In this document: positions 55,317-64,000 of the stretch, one piece after another
Position numbering within the stretch: the stretch's first letter is position 1
Layout of the letters: each line of letters opens with the position of its first letter
DNA from: Candidatus Latescibacterota bacterium
GTDB lineage: Bacteria; Latescibacterota; UBA2968; SICM01
Direction: 5' to 3'
DNA: 64,000 nt
Assembly (NCBI GenBank): GCA_965217865.1
Contig: CBDCJO010000002.1
Location: forward strand, 288,001 to 352,000
Translations under genes and position numbers: made by a program
Notes under the pieces: model-generated
Database searches by the model: none
What the model was told of the DNA's origin: nothing
What the model saw: the letters and a program-made list of their open reading frames with translations, nothing else

Positions 55317-56842
55317 CAGCCTGTTGAAAAAGTGCGTTTATGCCAAGATGACTGTTGTCTTTCCTTGTGGTTTGGTCCTATGATATATCAGGTTCAAACT
55401 GAGAAGGGAGGACGAGCAAATGGCAATGGGAAAACGAGGACGACAGAGACAGGAAAACCTGTTCATCGCATCGAACACTTTGGTGAAATCTCCGGGTCAT
55501 CCGTTCTACGAGAAGCTGAATCAGGTATTGGGGGCGAACGGCTTCGACGAGTTCGTCGAGGGGCTTTGCCAGCGGTATTACGCTCCTCATATGGGTCGCA
55601 AGGGCATTCCGCCCGGGGTTTATTTTCGGATGCTTTTGATTGGGTATTTCGAGGGACTTGATTCGGAACGTGGGATCGAATGGCGTGTATCTGACTCGCT
55701 GACGTTGCGCCGGTTTTTGGGGTATGCCCTTGACGAACAGACCCCGGATCATTCCAGCCTGTCTCGCATCCGGCATCGGCTTCCCTTGGAAGTTCACGAA
55801 GCGGTTTTCAAGTGGATCCTGAGGGTCTTGTGCAAAGCGGGTCTGGTGAAGGGGAAGACGTTGGGCGTGGATGCTACGACACTGGAGGCCAACGCCGCGA
55901 TGCGCAGCATTGTACGCCGTGACACGGGTGAAGGCTACCAGGCATTCCTTGAGAATCTGGCCAAGGCCTCGGGCATTGAAACGCCTACCCGCGAGGACTT
56001 GTCCAAGATCGATAAGAAGCGACCGAAGAAGGGATCGAACCAGGACTGGGAGCACCCGCACGACCCGGATGCCAAGATCGCTAAGATGAAGGACGGTCGC
56101 ACGCACATGGCGCACAAGGTGGAGCACGCGGTGGATCTGGACACCAATGCCATTGTGGCAGTGGCGTTGTCGGGAGCAGATGAAGGAGATACCGAGTCGT
56201 TGCCCTGGACGCTGCTCGAGGCGCAGCTCAATCTCAAGCAGGTCGCGAAGGACGAAAAAGCTGCTAAGCGTTTGCACAGACAGCGTATACGGGAGGTGGT
56301 TGCGGACAAAGGATATCATAGCAACGATGTATTGACCAGTCTGAAGCAAGGCGGCATCCGGAGTTACATTTCAGAACCGGATCGGGGACGCCGCAAGTGG
56401 AACGGCCGACGAGATGAGCAGGCCGCGGTATATGCGAATCGACGCCGGATCAAGGGAGATCGCGGCAAGGCCTTGCGCCGAAGTCGTGCAGAACGGGTGG
56501 AAAGAACCATCGCTCACACATATGATACCGGTGGCATGCGCAGGTTGCACTTGAGAGACCGCGGCAATATCCTCAAGCGTTTGCTGATCCACATCGGGGG
56601 CTGCAACCTGGCTCTGCTCATGCGCAAAGTGATGGGCGTAGGTACTCCGAAGGCCCTCCAGGACCTGGCCAAGGCCTTGCAGCGTCTACTGCTCGTCCTA
56701 CAATCACGTTTGCTGCCCTCGGTCACCTTTTTAACCTCTTATCAGCGTCTCCTGCTCAATCTCCTTACCTTGATTTATCTGACCCGCACTCCAGGCGTCT
56801 TTTCCGTTTATGTGCGTTGAAAGGTAGTTCTTCAACGGGCTG
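55317..56842 (+). mobile_element. IS1182/IS5-like element, copy 2
   Basis: Same IRs as copy 1; TSD CTAG; 1 bp shorter. Confidence 0.92.
55420..56820 (+). CDS. DDE transposase copy 2 (late frameshift alters C-terminus)
   Basis: Near-identical to 46400 copy up to LQSR. Confidence 0.88.
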   Translation: MAMGKRGRQRQENLFIASNTLVKSPGHPFYEKLNQVLGANGFDEFVEGLCQRYYAPHMGRKGIPPGVYFRMLLIGYFEGLDSERGIEWRVSDSLTLRRFLGYALDEQTPDHSSLSRIRHRLPLEVHEAVFKWILRVLCKAGLVKGKTLGVDATTLEANAAMRSIVRRDTGEGYQAFLENLAKASGIETPTREDLSKIDKKRPKKGSNQDWEHPHDPDAKIAKMKDGRTHMAHKVEHAVDLDTNAIVAVALSGADEGDTESLPWTLLEAQLNLKQVAKDEKAAKRLHRQRIREVVADKGYHSNDVLTSLKQGGIRSYISEPDRGRRKWNGRRDEQAAVYANRRRIKGDRGKALRRSRAERVERTIAHTYDTGGMRRLHLRDRGNILKRLLIHIGGCNLALLMRKVMGVGTPKALQDLAKALQRLLLVLQSRLLPSVTFLTSYQRLLLNLLTLIYLTRTPGVFSVYVR

Positions 56843-56953
56843 CTAGGCGCTTGATGCGTCACATCGCGCATAGATTGCGCTTCGTTAGAGTAGCCAATGT
56901 CGTGCCGCCGCGGAGCCCCTACATTCTCGTTGAACGATTGGTTAGCTCCTTCG

Positions 56954-57415
56954 TCATATCTGATACGTGTAATCAATATTCGATTGAAATTCTTGACTAA
57001 ACACCAGGGAGAACCCGTCTGGTATTTCTGGAAAGAACACGTCACCATCAACCTCGCAATGTACAGTAGACACATGCAATGTATCTGCCCTGTGAATCAT
57101 GCTATGGTAGACTTGCCCACCACCAGCAACAATCAGATGATCTGTAAAGTTTGACATTGCATTGAGCGCATCGTCAATCGATGAGAAAGCCCGGATTCTA
57201 TCCGATTCCTGACAGGCACCCGAATTTGTCAGGACTGCATATTTCCGGTTTGGAAGTGTCCCCATCGAATCAAACGTCTTGCGCCCGACCAACAACCATT
57301 GTTTATATGTCAAGGCTTTAAACAAGAGATGCTCGCCCTTTGCCTTCCATGGAATGTTCGGCCCAGCGCCGATAACCCGATTATCGGATTTTGCTCCAAT
57401 GAGTGAGATATTCAT
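56954..57415 (-). CDS. dfrA: DfrA1-clade dihydrofolate reductase (putative trimethoprim-insensitive)
   Basis: [63 protein letters not shown]; TGA where DfrA1 has Trp. Confidence 0.88.
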   Translation of the reverse strand: MNISLIGAKSDNRVIGAGPNIPWKAKGEHLLFKALTYKQWLLVGRKTFDSMGTLPNRKYAVLTNSGACQESDRIRAFSSIDDALNAMSNFTDHLIVAGGGQVYHSMIHRADTLHVSTVHCEVDGDVFFPEIPDGFSLVFSQEFQSNIDYTYQI

Positions 57416-57468
57416 TTTGTGAAAAAACTCAAGATGGGGTGGTTGGATTTCGCTTTCGCGTCAGTTTC

Positions 57469-57606
57469 GCATAACGCTCAGGGGTTGCAGAAGTGGCCGT
57501 GCATTGCTAAAAGATAAGGGTTTGAAGGAAATGGGAAAAGAAAAACCCACGCCCATTTTAGGGGTGAGCGGAAGGTGCGCTGGGGAACTGCAACCCTCTG
57601 TTATAG
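57469..57606 (-). other. Integron attC recombination site
   Basis: Minus strand CTATAAC-agAGGGTTGCAG ... CTGCAACCCCT-gagc-GTTATGC, 138 bp, between two co-oriented ORFs. Confidence 0.7.
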
Positions 57607-57623
57607 GATGTGCCAGTCCGCTC

Positions 57624-57845
57624 TTAAAACCAGTCGTTTACGGATGCCCTTGTCTGTTGTAGTCGCCGCAGTCTATCCTCAAAGTCATCGCCTATGGGTC
57701 GAACCGAAGTGTACCCCGAGAGGAAATCAGAGTGATTTTCCGGCGGTATTCCATGATCTAGCGCCTTCAATAGATCCAGATCGAAATAGCTGTAGCACAA
57801 TGAGGTAAAGTCGATCAAGCAAGGTTCCGTGTCTTGAAAGAGCAT
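57624..57845 (-). pseudogene. C-terminal fragment of upstream cassette gene (possibly phosphotransferase-like)
   Basis: CLIDF...YFDL; stop 17 bp before attC. Confidence 0.35.
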
Positions 57846-57919
57846 GTTTTCACAGGTCAGGTCACCGTGAATAATACCACATGCGCAGACACATGCGCCA
57901 AATCCACGGGAAGTTCAAA

Positions 57920-60577
57920 ATGAAACGTCTGGTTCCCATTTCATTTGCATTTCTGTTCATGGCACTCACGTCCGACGCTTTCGCCAGGCGCTCGGGCCTG
58001 ATGGTGGTTGAGAAGATCGTCGCCTTCGAGATCCGGGTCGTCTCCTTACCCCCTTCTCCAGATTTCAGCGGAAACGGCGTGGTCGGGCTTGAGGATTTCT
58101 TCGCGTTCGCGGAGGTTTACGGTTCCGTCGACGGCGATGGGATCTACCAAGCCAAGTTCGACCTGAGCCGGAACGGGAGTATCGGGTTCGAGGATTTCTT
58201 CATTTTCGCCGAGTCCTTTGGAATGGAAGTTGGTACATCATCGCCGCCACCGGACCCGCCAGCCGGATTGGCGCCGGCGGATCAGGCAGCGTTCGACAGT
58301 CTGGCTGTCGGGAAGCAGATAGTGGCCCAAGGTTCGGACGATAGGCTGGTCTTTCTTTCTCCCGGCCGCATCCGGGAGCTTTTCCAAGGTGAGTCCTACG
58401 ACGGCGACTATCAGTATGAAAATACCGGTGAAAATACGGGGACCCTCACGTACACCTATGACGTGACAGGCAACAACCCCAACGTCGAAAAGTCGGTGCT
58501 CGAGCTTACGTTCACTTCAATGACCGCGGGCACGTTCGTCTATACCTATACCGAGAGCGGGTCGGTCGTCGTGTCGCCGTCTGAGGAGACCATCGCTCTG
58601 GGCAACACGCTTCAGCTGACGGCGGAGGCATTCGACGAGAGCGGGCACGCGGTGGCGGAGGTCGAGTTCTCCTGGGAGTCCAGTGACGCTGCGGTGGCCA
58701 CGGTGGACGCGTCGGGTCTGGTGACAGGAGTCGCCGTGGGAACGGCCACGATCACGGCGAGTGCAGGCAGCGGACAGGGGACAGCGGAGATCACCGTCAT
58801 GGACCTGGAACGGGCAGCGCTGGTTGCGCTGTACGAAGCGACGGATGGGCCGAACTGGGTCAACAGCAACAACTGGCTGACGGACGCGCCGCTCGGGGAC
58901 TGGTACGGGGTGGATGTGGATGGGCGGGGCCGGGTTGTCCGGCTGGATCTCAGCGGCAGGGTGGATGAGGCGGGAAGGTCTGTCAGTCATGGCCTGTCGG
59001 GTCCGATCCCAGGCGAACTCGCTGACCTCGCCGGCCTGACGGAGCTGTGGCTCCACGACAACGAACTGTCGGGCCCGATCCCGGGCGAACTCGGGAACCT
59101 GGCCCGCCTGGAAAGTCTGCGTCTCACCTTCAACGACCTTTCGGGCCCGATCCCGAGCGAACTCGGTAGCCTGGCCCGCCTGGAGAGGCTGGAGATCGGC
59201 TTCAACGAACTTTCGGGCCCGATCCCGGGCGAGCTTGGCAACTTGTCCAGCTTGTGGCGGCTAGCACTCTACGAGAACGACCTGACCGGCCCGATTCCGC
59301 CCGAACTCGCCAACCTCCTAAGCCTGACGCAGCTGTGGCTCCGGGACAACGACCTCACGGGCCCAATTCCGCCCGAACTCGCCAACCTCATTGGCCTCAC
59401 GCAGCTGGATCTCTCCAGCAATGACCTGACGGGTCCGATCCCGCATAGTTTCCTGCAACTTGACAGGCTTCGTCAGTTTTTCATTGGGGGAAACGGAAGT
59501 CTCTGCGTACCAGGGACTTCTTCTTTCGTGGCGTGGCTGCAAGGAATTGAGAATGCCTCCGGGCCTTATTGCAACGAGGCGGACGCGGCGGCGCTGGAAA
59601 CCCTGTACAACGCCTCCGGCGGAGCAGACTGGACGAATTCCAGCAGATGGCTCGAGACTCCCGCTCTCGACGAATGGTACGGCGTGACGGCGGACGCCCT
59701 CGGCCGGGTCGTGTCACTCGACCTGAGCCGCAACGGACTCGCGGGACGGCTTCCGGGCAGCCTGGGCGAACTGGCTCACATGACCGAGCTAAGGATCGCT
59801 GGCAACACTGGCCTTTCCGGCCGCCTTCCGTTGTCGCTGGCCGGCCTCTCCCTCCGGGCGCTTCACTACGCCGGGACGGAGCTGTGTGCCCCGGTCGACA
59901 CGTCCTTCCAAGCCTGGCTGAACGCCATTCCGTCGCATGAGGGCACCGGGGCCGAGTGCGCCCCGCCTTCCGACCGGGACATCCTGGTGGCGCTCTACGA
60001 AGCGACCGGCGGACCTTACTGGGTCAACAGCAGCAACTGGCTCACGAAAGCGCCGCTGCAGGATTGGCACGGCGTGGCCGTTGACGGTGAAGGTCGCGTG
60101 TCGCATCTCTCGCTCAGGGGAAACGGTCTACGGGGGCCGATACCACGCGAACTCGGCAGCCTCACCAGCCTGACGGTGCTGAGCCTTACGAGAAACCAAC
60201 TCTCCGGCCCCATCCCCCCGGAACTCGGCAACCTGGCCAGCCTGACAACTCTGGAACTAGGCGGTAACGCCCTCGAAGGCCCCATCCCACCTGAACTGGG
60301 CAACCTCGCCAGCCTGACGCACCTTTACCTCTGGGAGAATGAGCTCTCAGGCCGGATCCCCGGCGAACTGGGCCTAACCAGTCTGAGGCAGATTCTCCTC
60401 CCGAAAAACAAGCTCTCAGGCCCGATCCCACCCGAACTCGGCAACCTGTCCAGCCTTTCGGAACTGGTCCTTAACGAGAACCGCCTGACCGGTCCGATCC
60501 CACCCGAGCTCGGCAACCTCACCCGCCCGCGGAAGGCTGGGTCGGTATCAGGGAAGTCGCTGCCCACCTGCAGGTAG
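57920..60577 (+). CDS. Secreted leucine-rich-repeat protein with EF-hand/dockerin-like and Big_2 domains, probably 3'-truncated
   Basis: Signal peptide; PDFSGNGVVGLEDF; WESSDAAVATVD; three ALY.A..G..W caps; many LSGPIPxELGNL 24-aa repeats. Confidence 0.88.
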   Translation: MKRLVPISFAFLFMALTSDAFARRSGLMVVEKIVAFEIRVVSLPPSPDFSGNGVVGLEDFFAFAEVYGSVDGDGIYQAKFDLSRNGSIGFEDFFIFAESFGMEVGTSSPPPDPPAGLAPADQAAFDSLAVGKQIVAQGSDDRLVFLSPGRIRELFQGESYDGDYQYENTGENTGTLTYTYDVTGNNPNVEKSVLELTFTSMTAGTFVYTYTESGSVVVSPSEETIALGNTLQLTAEAFDESGHAVAEVEFSWESSDAAVATVDASGLVTGVAVGTATITASAGSGQGTAEITVMDLERAALVALYEATDGPNWVNSNNWLTDAPLGDWYGVDVDGRGRVVRLDLSGRVDEAGRSVSHGLSGPIPGELADLAGLTELWLHDNELSGPIPGELGNLARLESLRLTFNDLSGPIPSELGSLARLERLEIGFNELSGPIPGELGNLSSLWRLALYENDLTGPIPPELANLLSLTQLWLRDNDLTGPIPPELANLIGLTQLDLSSNDLTGPIPHSFLQLDRLRQFFIGGNGSLCVPGTSSFVAWLQGIENASGPYCNEADAAALETLYNASGGADWTNSSRWLETPALDEWYGVTADALGRVVSLDLSRNGLAGRLPGSLGELAHMTELRIAGNTGLSGRLPLSLAGLSLRALHYAGTELCAPVDTSFQAWLNAIPSHEGTGAECAPPSDRDILVALYEATGGPYWVNSSNWLTKAPLQDWHGVAVDGEGRVSHLSLRGNGLRGPIPRELGSLTSLTVLSLTRNQLSGPIPPELGNLASLTTLELGGNALEGPIPPELGNLASLTHLYLWENELSGRIPGELGLTSLRQILLPKNKLSGPIPPELGNLSSLSELVLNENRLTGPIPPELGNLTRPRKAGSVSGKSLPTCR

Positions 60578-60750
60578 CCAGAGATACCGTCTACCGTTGG
60601 GTCGACTCAAAGGGCCTTCCCGCACACCGCGTGGGACGGTTGTTGCGATTCAGGCTCTCGGAGGTGGACGAGTGGGTGCAAAACAGCAGCGGAGATGAGT
60701 CTGAACAAAACCCATCGGGCAAGATGGCTCAGGACGAGAGAGACGATTAG
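60572..60750 (+). pseudogene. Excisionase-like HTH_17 fragment
   Basis: VARDTVYRWVDSKGLPAHRVGRLLRFRLSEVDEWV. Confidence 0.7.
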
Positions 60751-60753
60751 AGA

Positions 60754-61630
60754 ATGGGTGAGAATCCTCTTTCAGCGCAGGTCGGAAATCGAATATCCCT
60801 ATTGGAGCACTTCGACGTACCTGTCATCCTGGAGGATGTAAGGCCCCTCGGTACGGACGGGTCTGCTGGCTACGAGTGCCGGGTTCGATTGCCGGACGGC
60901 GCACTTGAGGAGGCGGTCATCTCATCCGAGGAGGCCGCGAGCATTTTCGGCGCGGAAGAGAAAGTGGCGGCCCAGCCCGCGGATGCGGAAAGGCTGCGGC
61001 TCCTGATCGAGTCTGCGCGTATTCGTCTCGCCTACGCCTACGACCGCCAGTTTGCCGTCAGTCTGTCCGGTATACGCACCCTGCCTCATCAGATCGAGGC
61101 GGTCTATCAGAAGATGCTGCCGCAGCCGCGGTTGCGATTCCTGCTCGCCGACGACCCCGGTGCGGGCAAGACGATCATGGCCGGGCTTCTTATTAAGGAA
61201 CTCAAGCTCCGAGAGGCTATCGACCGATGCCTCATCCTCGTCCCTGCACCGTTGACCATTCAGTGGCAGGACGAACTGCTCCGCTTTTTTAATGAGCCGT
61301 TTCAGATGATCCACTCGGCGAATGACCAGCAGCAGCTTCTAAATCTGTGGGAGCGGGAATCTCAGGTCATCTCGTCCATCGACTACGCCAAGCAGGACGA
61401 CGTCCGTGAACGCGTCTGGCAACAGCGGTGGGACCTCATCGTCATCGACGAAGCACACAAATGCAGCGCCTACACGAAGCGCTCGGCAGGTCGCGGTGAC
61501 GAGGTCGAGCGCACGAAGCGGTATCAGCTCGCCGAGCGACTCTCGGAGCAATGCGACAACCTCCTGCTCCTGACGGCGACACCCCATCATGGTGACGACG
61601 ACCGGTTCGCGCATTTCATACGTCTCCTCA
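60754..61630 (+). pseudogene. SNF2-family helicase, N-terminal part
   Basis: LPHQIEAV, LLADDPGAGKT, QWQDEL, IDEAH, LLLTATPH; truncated. Confidence 0.85.
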
Positions 61631-62400
61631 GGAGGTCCAAACTCCAGATCTGCCAGGACATGTAGGATTGTCCGGGACTTCGCACCCATCCTCTCCCAGA
61701 ATGACCGGTAGTAGTCGCGAATATCGCCGATGGGACAGGCGGGAAGTGCTGCCACTTTCTCTGCTGTCACCGTTTTGCCAGCTCGGACAACCTCCTCGAA
61801 CGAATAGATCAGATGGAGCGGCAAACCATGCGAGATGTCGTGAAAAGCTCTCGCTACTGCTCGGACCACTTGGCCGCGCGTTTGCCGTCCGACCACTTCC
61901 AGATTTAGTCTACCGGCCTTGTCTTGGAAGTGCAGCCAGCGGTGCACCGCCGCCTGGGACATCAATGGAAGCTCGGTCCAGCGCTCGGTGGGAAGGGCGT
62001 TTAGAAGTCTCGCGGGCAAATGTTCGCTGGCGATCTTCTGCGTCCCCACGACTAGCCTGACATTCGTCGGAAGTGGAAGAAGCGCATCGAACAGCTCTTC
62101 CATGTCCTCGTGATCACGATGATTGCGCCATACATGATCTAGCCCGTCGACGGTCACGATCAGTCGGCGGCCTTCGCCCTGCAGCCGGAGAGCCGCCGTC
62201 TCGAGAAATTTCCTGAAGTCCCCGCACGATCCTTTCAGATCCTGAATTCCCTCCTCAAGCTGATATTCAAGTGATCGGGCTATCGCATGGTAGTGAAAGC
62301 GGCCCTCCGAACGGTCCTCAAAGCTCAGAAAATAGTGGTGGCGTATGCATACGGCGCTCTTCGGGTCGATGCGCGCAGCGCAATGGCTGAGGTAAGTGCT
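61631..62400 (-). pseudogene. NACHT/STAND ATPase internal fragment (Avs3-like)
   Basis: HHYFLS, LIVTVDGLDHV, LVVGTQ, HGLPLHLIY. Confidence 0.6.
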
Positions 62401-62412
62401 CTTGCCACGCCC

Positions 62413-62520
62413 AGGTGGGCAACCTGAAAAACCTTGTGTACCTGAATCTGTCCGACAATCAGTTGAGTGGGAGTATTCCTGCCGAATTGGGCAACCTGGA
62501 AAGCCTCGGGAATCTGAATC
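62413..62520 (+). pseudogene. LRR fragment
   Basis: GNLKNLVYLNLSDNQLSGSIPAELGNLESL. Confidence 0.7.
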
Positions 62521-62521
62521 A

Positions 62522-63245
62522 GAGATATTGTCAAATGTTGTGGATGAGGGCGAGCGTATCCGAATGGATCAGGCAGCCCTTTTCAGGTCACCATCTTCGA
62601 ACAGGGCGCCATCAACGACCAGCTGTATCAGGTTTGAGCCTCGCAATCTGAGCCACGATTTCTCAGCTCCGAGAGCCAGCTTATAGACCATTGCCATCGT
62701 GGCATTAACCGATCCGCATCCTTTGGTTTGACGTGTCCTGTGTCTGACCGTAGCGAAGGTTGATTCAATCGGATTTGTGCTGCGCAGGTGGAGCCAGTGT
62801 ATCGCCGGGAAATCGTAATAGGTGAAAAGCACATCCCTGCCCTTGGTCAGGCACTCGCAGGCCTTCGGATATCTGGCCTGGTAGAGTTCGCAGAATCGAT
62901 CATAGGTCGAAAAGGGCGTGTTTACGGCTCGGTGATCGATACATTTCGTGGATCAGCCTCTTAGCGTCGGGCTGAACGGATTTCGGGAGTTTGTCCAGCA
63001 CGTTGGCAGTCTTATGGACCCAACATCGCTGGTGCTTTGTCCGGGGGTACTCCTCTTCCAATGCCGCCCAGAAGCCCAGAGCGCCGTCTCCCACGGCCAG
63101 GAATGGGTCGATCGTCAAACCTCGTGCTTTGAGATCCCGCAACAGGGTTTGCCAGGAGAGCTTGCTCTCACGCTGGCCGTCCTCGATAGCGATGACTTCC
63201 TTGCAGCCTTCAGCCGTTGCACCGACCAGCACGAGCACACAGGAA
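62522..63245 (-). mobile_element. IS256-family remnant (different element), 5'-truncated and frameshifted
   Basis: VGDGALGFW, QRCWVHK, LRSTNPIESTF. Confidence 0.85.
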
Positions 63246-63246
63246 C

Positions 63247-64000
63247 GCCGGTCTGGCCGCCCTGGACTCCGACGGAGACGGGACCACCAACGGCGAGGAG
63301 CTTGGGGACCCTGACGGCGACGGTGTCCCGGTCGACGGCGCGGTCGTCACCAATCCCGCAGACTCGGCCAGCACTCCGCCCCCGGAAGGAGTGATCCAGG
63401 TACTCTCCTTTGCCATCGCCGGTCAGGAACTTGTCGGGGACGCCTCGAACCCCCCGGTGGATGCCGGTGACCGGGAGGTGGTGATCCGCTTTGCCGAGCC
63501 CGTGGCCTTCGAACCGTCGGAGGACGGCTCGCCGGTCTTCGACAACCTGGGCGTCGGTTTCGCACCCTACCTGGGGATTGGTGAAGAGGTCACGAATCTT
63601 TCGATCAGCGGAGACGGACGGACTCTCACGGCAACGGTCTTCCTGGCGGAGAACACGGCGTATCAGGTTCTGGTCGGACCGACCGACCCCGGCTCTTTCG
63701 ACGAGCATCAGGTCTACTACGTCGGGACAAGCGAACTTCCCGGCGTCTCCATCACCGGCCGGGCGATCTATCCTGAGGATCTGGCCGACCGTGCCGGAGA
63801 AGGCCTGGCGGTGGTCGTCCTTCTCGATCGCGAGCGGTACGAGTTGCTCCAGGAAGAAGGACAGGGGTTCAATCCCGCCATGGCGAAAATCCTCGCCGAG
63901 GCGTCAGCGTCCCGGGTACGGGAGGAACCCGAAGCGGAGGACGCAGAGACCGTTGCGCTGGTGCGGATGACTGGAATCGGGTCGGGTGGGCGTTACGAGT
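63247..64000 (+). pseudogene. Internal part of a secreted/surface protein, runs off the window
   Basis: Open frame LAALDSDGDGTTNGEELGDPDGDG followed by an Ig-like segment; 5' end cut by IS256. Confidence 0.55.

Noticed and set aside
46297-56842. Composite transposon formed by the two IS1182/IS5-like copies
   Set aside because: Each copy has its own TSD (CTAC, CTAG), so they inserted independently.
58990-60530. Regular ~72-bp repeats resembling an array
   Set aside because: They are in-frame LRR codons, not CRISPR repeats with unique spacers; no cas genes.
61339-62157. 272-aa minus-strand ORF as a whole gene
   Set aside because: NACHT fragment reading into the antisense of the SNF2 fragment.

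Overview
GC-rich bacterial accessory region: a heavily shuffled defence/mobile-element island in which most genes are fragments. It holds at least 14 IS copies or remnants (IS3, IS256, IS1380, IS1595, IS1182/IS5-like, a mini-IS200). There are two diverged direct duplications (1.1 kb and 1.9 kb) and a 1.1 kb inverted repeat carrying an HGGxSTG-type gene. Apparently intact genes: a PD-(D/E)xK-DGQHR-HEPN protein coupled to a Dam-family methylase (best candidate for an undescribed system); a type III Mod methylase whose Res partner is destroyed; two AbiJ-like genes; a nuclease ending in an SSB-like DDDIPF tail; a two-gene membrane/beta-barrel pair; two SAM methyltransferases; DUF5131. Also present: an IS1595 transporter element carrying an interrupted methylase-HNH fusion, and an attC-linked dfrA1-clade DHFR cassette. 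LRR, EF-hand and TonB-receptor genes suggest a Gram-negative, possibly sponge-associated Latescibacterota/Gemmatimonadota-like host (inference). No CRISPR array, rRNA or complete tRNA was seen. All family calls come from motif recognition by eye, with no database search. Fragment boundaries are approximate unless an IR or TSD is quoted.
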